Assembly (NCBI GenBank): GCA_003554965.1
Contig: PWHR01000038.1
Location: forward strand, 15,495 to 79,494
Length of the DNA stretch: 64,000 nt
Reading direction: 5' to 3'
Source of the DNA: Thermoplasmata archaeon
GTDB taxonomy: Archaea; Thermoplasmatota; Thermoplasmata; Halarchaeoplasmatales; Halarchaeoplasmataceae
Shown here piece by piece: positions 18,354-27,208 of the stretch (its first letter is position 1; each line of letters begins with the position of its first letter). The notes below the pieces were generated by a model. The model was not told the DNA's origin. It made no database searches and saw only the letters and a program-made list of their open reading frames with translations. A program made the position numbers and the translations under genes.

Positions 18354-19349
18354 TCAAGCTAAAGATTCTGGACATATGTCTCTTCTCGAGCAGTTAGCAC
18401 ATTTTCCTTCTCTGTGATGGTTTCTGTGAACTTCTTCGGTATCCAGCTTGTCTCTCATCAGCTCCAGCTTCTCCAATAGTAGTTCCTTTAACGATTCGTC
18501 ATAATCGATATCGAATTCAGTTTCACCATATCTTATCAAACCATAAGGAGGTTTCTCTCCCATATCTTCCTCTATAAGGAGGCAGTACGCCGCTAACTGT
18601 AAAATGTGGGAAAAGAAGGGTCCTTTAGGAACTCTACCCGTTTTCACTTCTACAGGTACGAGTCCCTCATCTTTTTCTAAGATGTAATCAGGTCTTCCTC
18701 TCAATTTATACTTTTCTGAAATAAGAAGATCGCTTTCTTCATCCAAAGCGTCAACATACTTTACGTCACCATCTTCGACTTTCAATTCTTCTCTAGTAGA
18801 TTCAGCCTCGTTCTTGAGGGTGAAAGAATGTTTCAACCAGTAACTGGCTCCGATCAGCCAAGAAAGAGACATAACATGGAGTATCTGGGCAAGAACATCA
18901 TCTTCTCTGAGCAAAGAGAGACTGAAACCCGTTAATATAGTGGCTCCGATTGCTAATATCAAGATGATCCTTTCGAAACTCGTTTTCTCAGCCTTGTCCC
19001 GATGCTTTTCAGTTATTATCAAGAAAAATAAAGCGGCCAATATCCAGATCAATGATAAGGCTCTAAAAACAAAACTAAGCGTCGGCCCAGGGAATATCAA
19101 AGTTAGTCCAAAAAAAGACACCAAAGAAGCGGATATAGCTAGAGCAAAAATTATATTCTCCAAAATATTCAGTTTTTTTTCGCTTTCTTGGACGGACTTG
19201 AGTTTATCTCCCATCTCTTGGTGTTCTTCCTGCCCCTTTTTCAGGTTCTCTCCTTCAGCCTCTTCCTCTTTGCTCAAGCTCAACCACCAGCTCAGAGGAC
19301 AGTAACCGAATTTTTCAACGTCACTAGCAGAGATCCATTCGTCTTCCAT
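18354..19349 (-). CDS. Solo Cas4-family PD-(D/E)XK nuclease with four inserted transmembrane helices
   Basis: ISASDVEKFGYCP (Cys1), G...H, GRPD, VEVKT, QLAAY, KCANCSRRDIC (Cys2-4); about 110 hydrophobic residues between the His and the nuclease core. Confidence 0.88.
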   Translation of the reverse strand: MEDEWISASDVEKFGYCPLSWWLSLSKEEEAEGENLKKGQEEHQEMGDKLKSVQESEKKLNILENIIFALAISASLVSFFGLTLIFPGPTLSFVFRALSLIWILAALFFLIITEKHRDKAEKTSFERIILILAIGATILTGFSLSLLREDDVLAQILHVMSLSWLIGASYWLKHSFTLKNEAESTREELKVEDGDVKYVDALDEESDLLISEKYKLRGRPDYILEKDEGLVPVEVKTGRVPKGPFFSHILQLAAYCLLIEEDMGEKPPYGLIRYGETEFDIDYDESLKELLLEKLELMRDKLDTEEVHRNHHREGKCANCSRRDICPESLA

Positions 19350-19405
19350 TACAGTAGATATATTTGTGTAAAAAAGCTAAATACTTTTGGGTGGTTTCTT
19401 GATCA

Positions 19406-20395
19406 TCAAAACATGTCATCTAGTTCAGAAGGTGAAAAGATCCCTTTTTCAGTTATGAATCCCGAAATGTATTCAGCAGGAGTTACATCAAATGCTGGAT
19501 TCCTTGCAGGTGAGTCTTTAGGAGCGATCAATGAATTGTTGATCATTTTTATCTCCTTTTCATCTCTGTTTTCGATAGGTATATCTCTTCCGGTTTCGGT
19601 AGAGCTGTCATAGGTGGTCACGGGAGCGGCGACGTAAAAGGGGATATCATTCTCCTTTGCAACAACGGCTTTTTCGTAGGTACCTATCTTATTAGCTATA
19701 TCTCCGTTTGATACTATCCTATCAGTTCCGACTATAACGAGGTCGATTTCCCCTCTGAACATGTAGTGTCCTGAAGCGTTATCCACTATGACTGAATGAG
19801 GTATACCTTCATTGTGAAGTTCCCATGCGGTCAATCTAGCTCCTTGGAGCCTGGGCCTGGTTTCGTCAACGAACACATGTATGTCCTTTCCCCGCTCAGA
19901 TGCGATCCTAATCGGAGCCAAGGCGGTCCCGTAATCAACAGTGGCCAAGGCTCCTGCATTACAGTGAGTCAATATGCGGTCCTCGTTCTCTATAAGCTCC
20001 GACCCGTGTTCTCCTATTTTCCTGCATTTTTCGATCACGTTCGAGGCATAATCTTCTGCAGCCTTAACTGGTTTTTCCGCATGGTCTAACATGAATTCTA
20101 CCGCATTAAAAAGATCGTAAGCGGTCGGTCTAGCTGATTTTATGTGCTCAGCCACCTTTTCTATTTTTTTCTCCTGGATAATGGCCTGAGCCATGCCGTA
20201 GGCCGCTGTAACTCCTATCGCTGGAGCCCCCCTCACCATCATTTTCTTGATAGCTTTATGTATATCTTTGTAATCACCAGCAGTGTAGAATTTCAGTTCA
20301 CTAGGCAAAAATCTCTGATCTATCATCTTAACTTTATTATCATCCATCCAAACAGCTTTCAGATCTTTTTCACCTTCTTCCATCTTAACTTTCAT
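19406..20395 (-). CDS. mtnA: S-methyl-5-thioribose-1-phosphate isomerase
   Basis: DQR.LP, VRGAPAIG, RPTA, LTHCNAGALAT, DETRPRLQG, NKIGTY, NPAFDVTP; likely ATG at 20395. Confidence 0.93.
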   Translation of the reverse strand: MKVKMEEGEKDLKAVWMDDNKVKMIDQRFLPSELKFYTAGDYKDIHKAIKKMMVRGAPAIGVTAAYGMAQAIIQEKKIEKVAEHIKSARPTAYDLFNAVEFMLDHAEKPVKAAEDYASNVIEKCRKIGEHGSELIENEDRILTHCNAGALATVDYGTALAPIRIASERGKDIHVFVDETRPRLQGARLTAWELHNEGIPHSVIVDNASGHYMFRGEIDLVIVGTDRIVSNGDIANKIGTYEKAVVAKENDIPFYVAAPVTTYDSSTETGRDIPIENRDEKEIKMINNSLIAPKDSPARNPAFDVTPAEYISGFITEKGIFSPSELDDMF

Positions 20396-21158
20396 CTTCA
20401 CACCTCGCAGAGAGATAAGCATCCCAGAGTTTTGGGACCGTGTTCATCTCTTTCATCTCCTCAGGTTTCACCCATCTGTAATCTTTGTTTTCCCAATTCA
20501 GTTCGGGTTCTCCGTCAGTTTTGAAGATATATGGATTGATCTCCCATATCATTTTTTCTCCCCGGTATCTAACTCTTACTGGTTTACCTTTAGAGACTAA
20601 TTCGGCTTTTAACCCTGTTTCTTCCTCGATCTCTATCAGAGCCTGTTCAAAGGGATCTGAACTTTCCAAATAACCAGAGACGGCTGACCACATCCCCTGA
20701 TAACTACCTACCCTCTCACTCCTTCTCAAGAGTAATACTTGTTGATTCTTCTTCAGAAATGCGGTAACGACCGGTTGTTTATCAACCTCTTTTAGATCCA
20801 ATTTTCCAACTTCACCGTCAAGATCGATCAGGTCGCCTTCTTCGATGAGGTCTATATCGATCTTATCTACAAGAGGGATTTCTGATATTATAGCCCCAGA
20901 AGCAACTATCGTCTCACAACTTTCATTTATGATGGCTTTGGGTGCAGTATCGTTCTTCTTGAGCTGATATATCACGTACGAGCCTACTGTGCTTCCCTTA
21001 CCACCAGGGAAAACGAATATGGAATCAGATATATCTTTTTCTTTGAAAACTTTTCCCGTTTCTGGATCGACATCTCCCAAAAAGGAAACTCTCTCATCCA
21101 CTTTAACAGCCTCACCCTGGACCTTTCCGGCTGAGATGCCCCGACCTTCCAAGATCAT
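20385..21158 (-). CDS. Aconitase X swivel subunit (DUF126, phosphomevalonate dehydratase small subunit) fused to a Nudix domain
   Basis: N-half: SFLGDVDPETG, FPGGKGSTVGS, IISEIP. C-half: VVTAFL...LLLRRS...WSAVSGYLE...EIEEETGL...LNWEN. Confidence 0.85.
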   Translation of the reverse strand: MILEGRGISAGKVQGEAVKVDERVSFLGDVDPETGKVFKEKDISDSIFVFPGGKGSTVGSYVIYQLKKNDTAPKAIINESCETIVASGAIISEIPLVDKIDIDLIEEGDLIDLDGEVGKLDLKEVDKQPVVTAFLKKNQQVLLLRRSERVGSYQGMWSAVSGYLESSDPFEQALIEIEEETGLKAELVSKGKPVRVRYRGEKMIWEINPYIFKTDGEPELNWENKDYRWVKPEEMKEMNTVPKLWDAYLSARCEDES

Positions 21159-22321
21159 CTTATCATCCCCAGCAAAGTATCTAAGTCAGCGTACACAACC
21201 TTCTGATCGGCGAGCTTTGGAAGATAAGCACACGCCTTTCCAGAATCTGTTGCCGCTACTTCGTACTCATCCTCAAGAGGTGAGACCACCATACAGGTAT
21301 CAGTGATGACTTTCCCGAACTTTTCAATTTTCTTTACACTTTCAGGAGACCTGTCCTTTACTTTCCTGCTCGTAAAAACAAATAGGTCCGGCCCAGTACC
21401 TTTTGGCTCTTTGGTCTTCAAATTTTTTGCTATACGCTCCAATTCTTTCTTGGACAGATGTGGACATCCTATCACTATCACGTCCGGTTCCGGACCGTTT
21501 TTCAACTCCTCCTTAACTTCCTCCATCGCTTTATCATCTATCTCCCTTTTTTCGATCCCTTCGATCGAAAAATCGTCAGCTTCTGGAGTGATACCTTCAA
21601 CATGATACATGGCCACCGACCCAGTAGCCGCCATCGCAGCCCCGAGACTCTTAAGTTCCTCCTCAGAAAGCGTCAAGTTCAAAAAATATGGGATTTCATC
21701 TCTGATCTCATTTCCAACCAGATAGCCGAGTATGGACGGCGAAACTTCTTCGGCTTGAACGTCATAGACGATTTCAGGTCTTCTATTTTTCTTTTTATGA
21801 AGTCCGTAATCTGGAGTCTTCCCTATTATCGCTGACATGAGAGCGGAGGGACCTCCTTCTCTGTTGGTCCTAGCACCGAGTACTGAGTTCGCAAAAGAGA
21901 CCGCAGAACTCTCACTCCAGGCTAGATGTTCACCTTTTGTTGGTCTGTTACCTACAAGGTAAGGAGTACATGTACAACTCAACTCTATCCCCATATCTGA
22001 ATAAGCGTTGACGAGCTGGATCTGCTTTTTTCTAAAATCTTCTGATTCGTATGATTCTCTCTCTAGATCCATACCCGCAGGATTGAGCATCGATCTGACC
22101 TTTACCTCTGCACCCTTTTTCTTAGAAAAATCACTTACGAACTCAAGACCTGCGTCACCCATAGTCTTGTAAGATACTCCGGATATCTGAGCCGACTCGA
22201 TAGGGATCAATCCGTCAGCATCATAGATCTTTCCCAGTGCTACAAGTAGCTCCATCGCCTTCGCTGGGGCCTCTCCATGTTCGCCCTCCAGAATCCTCTC
22301 TTCCTCTTTTGTCATATACAT
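21155..22321 (-). CDS. Aconitase X catalytic subunit (DUF521; phosphomevalonate dehydratase large subunit)
   Basis: ISGVSYKT, CTCTPY, WSESSA, GARTNREGG, GCPH, DTCMVV; true start MYMTKEEE at 22321. Confidence 0.9.
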   Translation of the reverse strand: MYMTKEEERILEGEHGEAPAKAMELLVALGKIYDADGLIPIESAQISGVSYKTMGDAGLEFVSDFSKKKGAEVKVRSMLNPAGMDLERESYESEDFRKKQIQLVNAYSDMGIELSCTCTPYLVGNRPTKGEHLAWSESSAVSFANSVLGARTNREGGPSALMSAIIGKTPDYGLHKKKNRRPEIVYDVQAEEVSPSILGYLVGNEIRDEIPYFLNLTLSEEELKSLGAAMAATGSVAMYHVEGITPEADDFSIEGIEKREIDDKAMEEVKEELKNGPEPDVIVIGCPHLSKKELERIAKNLKTKEPKGTGPDLFVFTSRKVKDRSPESVKKIEKFGKVITDTCMVVSPLEDEYEVAATDSGKACAYLPKLADQKVVYADLDTLLGMIR

Positions 22322-22339
22322 GGGATCAAAACCAAAAAG

Positions 22340-22412
22340 TGCCGCAGGCCGGACTTGAACCGGCGACATCCACGTCTTCAGCGTGGCACTCTCCCAACTG
22401 AGTTACTGCGGC
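22340..22412 (-). tRNA. tRNA-Phe(GAA), intronless, CCA not encoded
   Basis: GCCGCAG acceptor pairs with CTGCGGC-A; anticodon arm CCACG-CTGAAGA-CGTGG; T arm GCCGG-TTCAAGT-CCGGC. Confidence 0.97.
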
Positions 22413-22465
22413 TTGTAGGACACTAAAGTTTAATCGGATTTGAATTTTACGCTTCTTCGGATCAA

Positions 22466-23038
22466 CTAATCTCCAAAAAACATCTTATCTTTGTTCTTGT
22501 AGAAATAGTATACCACGTATCCCAACCCCACTATGTTGATAGTCAATGCCGGCCAGATCCACCAGTAGCTTTCTGGAGTGGCGCTTGCTCTATTTGAGGT
22601 CACGTTTATTCTTTCGCTCCCATTGATTTCTTGCCCTACAGCTTCCACCTGATAAGTGTACTCGACCCAGTTATCAACTCTTTCGTCTAAATATGAATGT
22701 GAAGTTTTACTCACGTTCAATCGTATTATAGGTTCTTCATCCCTCGTGATGTTGTAATAATCGACCTCCATCTCCTCGCTCTTGTTTTCGGATAGACTCC
22801 AATAGAGCTCAACTTCGCCATCTCTAGGGACCGCTGTCAAGGTCAAGTTCTCTTCTGGTTCTTCCTCCTCTTCTGGGGTGGTTGGATTCGATGAAGATGT
22901 CGTAAAGTCCTGTCTTTCTAAAAGCTTCTCCAAGGAAGCATTAGCTGTACCCATCATCATGACAAGGAGAAGTATGAGTATCACGAAAGTCAGAACGCAT
23001 GATCTTGATGGTATCAACAGTTTTTCTGATGACATCAT
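22466..23038 (-). CDS. Membrane-anchored fibronectin type III domain protein
   Basis: Signal-like N-terminus, VELYW...YYNITR...YLD...YTYQVEAV, C-terminal TM helix. Confidence 0.75.
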   Translation of the reverse strand: MMSSEKLLIPSRSCVLTFVILILLLVMMMGTANASLEKLLERQDFTTSSSNPTTPEEEEEPEENLTLTAVPRDGEVELYWSLSENKSEEMEVDYYNITRDEEPIIRLNVSKTSHSYLDERVDNWVEYTYQVEAVGQEINGSERINVTSNRASATPESYWWIWPALTINIVGLGYVVYYFYKNKDKMFFGD

Positions 23039-23080
23039 CTCATCTTTAAGTGCTAGGGATATAAATTTATTCCTGACTTC

Positions 23081-23884
23081 CTAACCGTATTGCTTCCTTA
23101 TCTTTTCAGGTGCATCCGCCACTTTGATAAGAGAATCGATCTCCATGAAATGAAGGTCTCCAAAGACGACCATGCAGTGTAGTCCGGGACCGAAGTCATG
23201 ATCCAAGAGATTTTTTGGAGTGTTAGCTTTTATCTCAGGTGATGAAGAGCCGACTCTCGCCAGTCCTGCGATCAGTGTATCGTCACTGATAACGTCCTCT
23301 TTTAAACGATCCTCTAGTTTCATCAAAGCTATGAGACCTTCTGACACAGACATATATTCTTCTTTTTCGGAATTTATGTCTAAAAGTACTAGGGTGTGAA
23401 GTCCTCTTTCTCGATTCTCATTTATATTTTTGTAAGGACTAGGGGGATAATCTCTATCATCTCCAAAATAGGGGAGCGTGACTGTTCTACCGAACTTGTA
23501 GTGTTGGACACCTAAAAGTGAAGGGGCGGCGGAAAATATTGAAGAGGAGTGTACGATCGAGGTGGTTATGCCTTCTTTAATAGCTCTCATCCTGAGATCA
23601 ATGTGGGTTGTAGCGGCCATAGGGTCCCCAGCTGTCAGGAAAGCTACTCTCTCCCCGTCTAAAGCGTCTTTTAAAGGTAAAGCCTTTCCTTCTACATGCT
23701 CGCGGGTCAGTTCTTTCACTTCTCTTCCAATCTGATCTTCTATGTCCTTCAAAGTGGAGCCGGCTAAACTGCTGGTATAGAATTCAGAATAGATCTTGTC
23801 CGCTTTTCTAGCTTCTTCAACTCCTTTAACGCTGATATCCTTCTCGTCATAGAGACCAAGACCGATGAATATTAATTCTCCCAT
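23081..23884 (-). CDS. dph5: Diphthine synthase
   Basis: FIGLGL, EFYTS, GDPMAATTH, QHYKFG, HTLVLLDI, LHFME. Confidence 0.95.
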   Translation of the reverse strand: MGELIFIGLGLYDEKDISVKGVEEARKADKIYSEFYTSSLAGSTLKDIEDQIGREVKELTREHVEGKALPLKDALDGERVAFLTAGDPMAATTHIDLRMRAIKEGITTSIVHSSSIFSAAPSLLGVQHYKFGRTVTLPYFGDDRDYPPSPYKNINENRERGLHTLVLLDINSEKEEYMSVSEGLIALMKLEDRLKEDVISDDTLIAGLARVGSSSPEIKANTPKNLLDHDFGPGLHCMVVFGDLHFMEIDSLIKVADAPEKIRKQYG

Positions 23885-23901
23885 ACTTATTACCTCTCAA
23901 C

Positions 23902-24927
23902 ATGCTGTGTCTCAAAGTTCCGAAACATGAAGGAGAAAAGGTTAGAAATAAGCTTTTGGAAAAGGATCTACTTTACCGGAAGGGTAGGATAGAATCTTCT
24001 GAAGATCACGATTATTTATTCCTCCCTTTGAAAGAGAAACCTAGGGGGAAAATAGATGAGCTAGAATACGAGGTAGTCGAGAAAGATGTGGAAGAAAGAA
24101 AGAAGATAGAAAGAGATTATACCAAACTTGCTGAAGTACCTAATGAGTTGAAAGATCACCTTCCAAGAAGTTTCGATATAATAGGAGATATAGCGATAAT
24201 AAAACTACCGGAAGAAGTGAAAGAGTACAAACGGGAGATAGGTGAATCCATCCTTGAGACCCAAAAGAATCTAACCACTGTTCTTGAAGATAGAGGTGTT
24301 CAGGGGCGATTCAGGATTAGAGATGTAAAGCAGATAGCAGGTGATAAGAAAACGGAGACCGTTCATCGAGAGCACGGGACCGAGTTAGAAGTAGATGTAA
24401 GTGAGGTTTATTTCTCTCCAAGATTGGCGACGGAAAGATGGCGAGTAGTGAAATCGATCGGACAGAATGAAAGCATTCTTGATATGTTCGCCGGAGTCGG
24501 ACCTTACACTGTTCTCATAGGCAAGAACGTCGACGTGGAGCATATCCATAGCGTAGATTTGAATCCTGTAGCTGTTAAGTATCTTAGAAGAAACGTGGAA
24601 AGGAACAATATCAGCGATAAAGTCACGATCTACGAAGAAGATGCTAGAGATGTTGCTCCGGAGTTAAGATGTGATAGGATAATAATGAATCTACCTCATT
24701 CCTCAGAGAAATTCATAGTCCCGGCAGTGAAAGCACTGAAAGAACAGGGCACGATACATTATTATGAGATCATAGAAGAGGACGAGAAAGAAAAAAGTTT
24801 AGATGACCTTATAGATGAGATAAAAAAACTCGGCTTTGAAACCGATGTGTTAAGAAAAAGAGAAGTAAGAACATATTCAGCAACTATGGTTCAGATGGTA
24901 TACGATCTAGGATTGAAAAAAATCTGA
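23902..24927 (+). CDS. trm5: tRNA (guanine-37-N1) methyltransferase, Trm5 family
   Basis: SFDIIGDIAI, VYFSPRLATER, DMFAGVGP, RIIMNLP, IHYY. Confidence 0.9.
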   Translation: MLCLKVPKHEGEKVRNKLLEKDLLYRKGRIESSEDHDYLFLPLKEKPRGKIDELEYEVVEKDVEERKKIERDYTKLAEVPNELKDHLPRSFDIIGDIAIIKLPEEVKEYKREIGESILETQKNLTTVLEDRGVQGRFRIRDVKQIAGDKKTETVHREHGTELEVDVSEVYFSPRLATERWRVVKSIGQNESILDMFAGVGPYTVLIGKNVDVEHIHSVDLNPVAVKYLRRNVERNNISDKVTIYEEDARDVAPELRCDRIIMNLPHSSEKFIVPAVKALKEQGTIHYYEIIEEDEKEKSLDDLIDEIKKLGFETDVLRKREVRTYSATMVQMVYDLGLKKI

Positions 24928-24941
24928 TATCAAATCCTCAT

Positions 24942-25406
24942 TCAAGCCATCCCTAGTTCCTCTTCTATCTCTTCTTCCAATTTATTCAGGGTTTCTAGGG
25001 GATCTTCTTCTGGTTCTTCTCTTTTTTCTTCTCCGACTTCCTTCTCTTTTTCTAACTTTTCTATGGTATCTAAAACTTTACCTTCTTTGAAAGGTTTGGT
25101 TATGTACCCATCGGCCCCTATCTTTTTAGCGATCTGGATCTTTTCATTCTGATCCACTGATGTAGACATCACCACCAAAGGAGGGAAGTCCATCGATTTT
25201 ATCTGAGCCAATGCCTCAAAGCCGTTCATCTTGGGCATGACCACATCGAGAGTGACCAGATCAGGATCAAGTTCTTTTACCTTTTTTACTCCCTCTTCTC
25301 CATTCTCAGCTTCCCCCACGACTTCATAACGGTCTGATAATATGTCGGTCAGAACCTTTCTCATGAATTTTGCATCATCCACGACGAGAATTTTTTTGAT
25401 CATCAT
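24942..25406 (-). CDS. CheY-like single-domain response regulator with acidic tail
   Basis: LVVDDA, VGEAENG, TLDVVMPKMNG, ITKPF. Confidence 0.88.
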   Translation of the reverse strand: MMIKKILVVDDAKFMRKVLTDILSDRYEVVGEAENGEEGVKKVKELDPDLVTLDVVMPKMNGFEALAQIKSMDFPPLVVMSTSVDQNEKIQIAKKIGADGYITKPFKEGKVLDTIEKLEKEKEVGEEKREEPEEDPLETLNKLEEEIEEELGMA

Positions 25407-25509
25407 TTGGTTATATGAGGGGTAAGGTTATTTAATATTTCTGATTTTTTACCTAATTTAAATAGTTTTTTGATAAACGACCCAATCTTTTATAAACTTA
25501 AATCGGGAA

Positions 25510-26442
25510 TCAGATCGGAATAGCCTTTTCAAGTTTTTCCACACTGGACCAGTGATTGATCTCAGTAGCCAAATAAGGGAGAGCCACTATCAATCCAAAA
25601 AGAATCGCGTAGCCGGCTATCTGGATGAATACTTGAAGAGGCACTCCTAAAACCGGGATGTCAGCGATCCCAACATATCCCAGGACAACCGCGTCGATGA
25701 GCCATAAAGTGAGGGCTATAGGTACGAGCATCAAACCAACGATGATTATCGATCCACACTTTGGATCGGCAATCCTGTACTTCACCATCTTCCAGCCGAT
25801 AAGACCTCCTAATGCCGAACCAATAGAGAGGGTTATATACACTTCAGCCCCTAAAAAGAATCCTGTGATCGATAGGATCAGAGCCACACCGAACATCGCT
25901 GAGGTGGATCTTCTTTTTTTGACTTGTACGGCCAAGTATACGAGTAAGGTACCGAGGATTGCACCTAGAATAACGTCCCCCAGATAATGTAGTCCGAGCA
26001 CAACTCTGGAAAGAGCAATGGCGATGATGAGGAGCCCCGCTCCCACATATCTCAACACCCTTAATCTTTCGTTCTTAAGGGCTGCAAACCCTCCATAAAC
26101 CGCGGTAGCCCCCATCGCATGGGCACTCGGTGTACTCCACCCGGGATAGGTATCTGGAGCGAACTCAAGGGTCTCCACTTGAAACGGTCTAGGTATTTCT
26201 AAAAAACCTTTCAATCCCATTACTAATGCCAGGGTGGCAACTGTCAAGGCAAGTATCGTGACACGTTCTTCTCTGCTATCTTCAGGAGAGAACCAGTAGA
26301 TCAAAGCAGCGAAAGCGAACAACACCGGACCGTTTCCCAGAATAGTTATGATCTCTAAGAACCTTACCACACCCCAGGGTAGAGCTTCGCGGATGACGAT
26401 ATTGATCTCTGGATCGAACAGTAGTTCAAATATCTCTAACAT
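25510..26442 (-). CDS. PAP2-family membrane phosphatase
   Basis: K......RP, PSAHA, SRVVLGLHYLGD; multiple TM segments. Confidence 0.9.
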   Translation of the reverse strand: MLEIFELLFDPEINIVIREALPWGVVRFLEIITILGNGPVLFAFAALIYWFSPEDSREERVTILALTVATLALVMGLKGFLEIPRPFQVETLEFAPDTYPGWSTPSAHAMGATAVYGGFAALKNERLRVLRYVGAGLLIIAIALSRVVLGLHYLGDVILGAILGTLLVYLAVQVKKRRSTSAMFGVALILSITGFFLGAEVYITLSIGSALGGLIGWKMVKYRIADPKCGSIIIVGLMLVPIALTLWLIDAVVLGYVGIADIPVLGVPLQVFIQIAGYAILFGLIVALPYLATEINHWSSVEKLEKAIPI

Positions 26443-26529
26443 CTATAATCTGGTATCTAGGACGATATTTAAAAAATTAACGTATTTGTTCTAAAAGGTT
26501 CCCTTTGAGTTAAGCCATAGCGGTACGAT

Positions 26530-27015
26530 TTACATTGCATGTCTTTCAATCGTTTTGATCACTCTTTCCGGGTTTTTTGTGGAAAACACTATCTCTCTAA
26601 CCAATCCATCCCTTAACGATATCACGACTCTAGGACCTCCTACTACATTATACACAGTCCTCCAATTTCCACCGCCTCTTCCTAACCTGACTCCCCAACC
26701 TCCGTACCAAAGGGTTGAAGTTTCATCTAAATAACTATCTTCGATCTCATGCCAGGAGACCTTACTTTTAAGCAAACCGTAACCGACCTTCAATCCATCA
26801 TGATCCATCTTGATCGTCAGCTTCAGGAAGTTGATAGTCAACCCCAAAAATAGCAGGGCCATAACTGGCCAGAACCATACAGGTAGGGACTCATCCCATT
26901 CCATGCCTACCAATATCTCGTATCCTCCTAGAATAAAAAAAATAGCGGTAATAGAACCTAAAACCAAGGATATCCACTTTGAATATAATTTTTCTTCGTA
27001 AATCTCGGTAGTCAT
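26530..27015 (-). CDS. Membrane protein, two TM helices plus bacterial PH-like domain
   Basis: Two hydrophobic helices, YGGWGVR, FSTKNPE; ATG at 27015 after AGGTG. Confidence 0.65.
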   Translation of the reverse strand: MTTEIYEEKLYSKWISLVLGSITAIFFILGGYEILVGMEWDESLPVWFWPVMALLFLGLTINFLKLTIKMDHDGLKVGYGLLKSKVSWHEIEDSYLDETSTLWYGGWGVRLGRGGGNWRTVYNVVGGPRVVISLRDGLVREIVFSTKNPERVIKTIERHAM

Positions 27016-27208
27016 TTTTTCCACCTTCTATGATTATCTATCTGATCCTATCATAATCGGTAGTATATATTTTTAATTAAACCTAGCTATTCATGATACA
27101 CGCCCTAAAGTTAGGGACCCTCCCTCCCCAACACTACTCTTTAAACACATTTCTCTATTTATAATCATGTTCAAAAGATGGTTGAAAAAATGGACATATT
27201 ATTTAAAA

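Noticed and set aside
17459-19405. CRISPR-Cas locus around the Cas4 gene
   Set aside because: No repeat-spacer array and no cas1/cas2 or effector genes seen in the window; intergenic gaps are too short for an array
22322-22369. N-terminal extension of the aconitase X ORF given in the ORF track
   Set aside because: It overlaps the tRNA-Phe gene; the family-typical start MYMTKEEE is at 22321
22340-22412. tRNA as integration site of a provirus or island
   Set aside because: No integrase and no duplicated tRNA 3' fragment noticed; flanks are housekeeping genes
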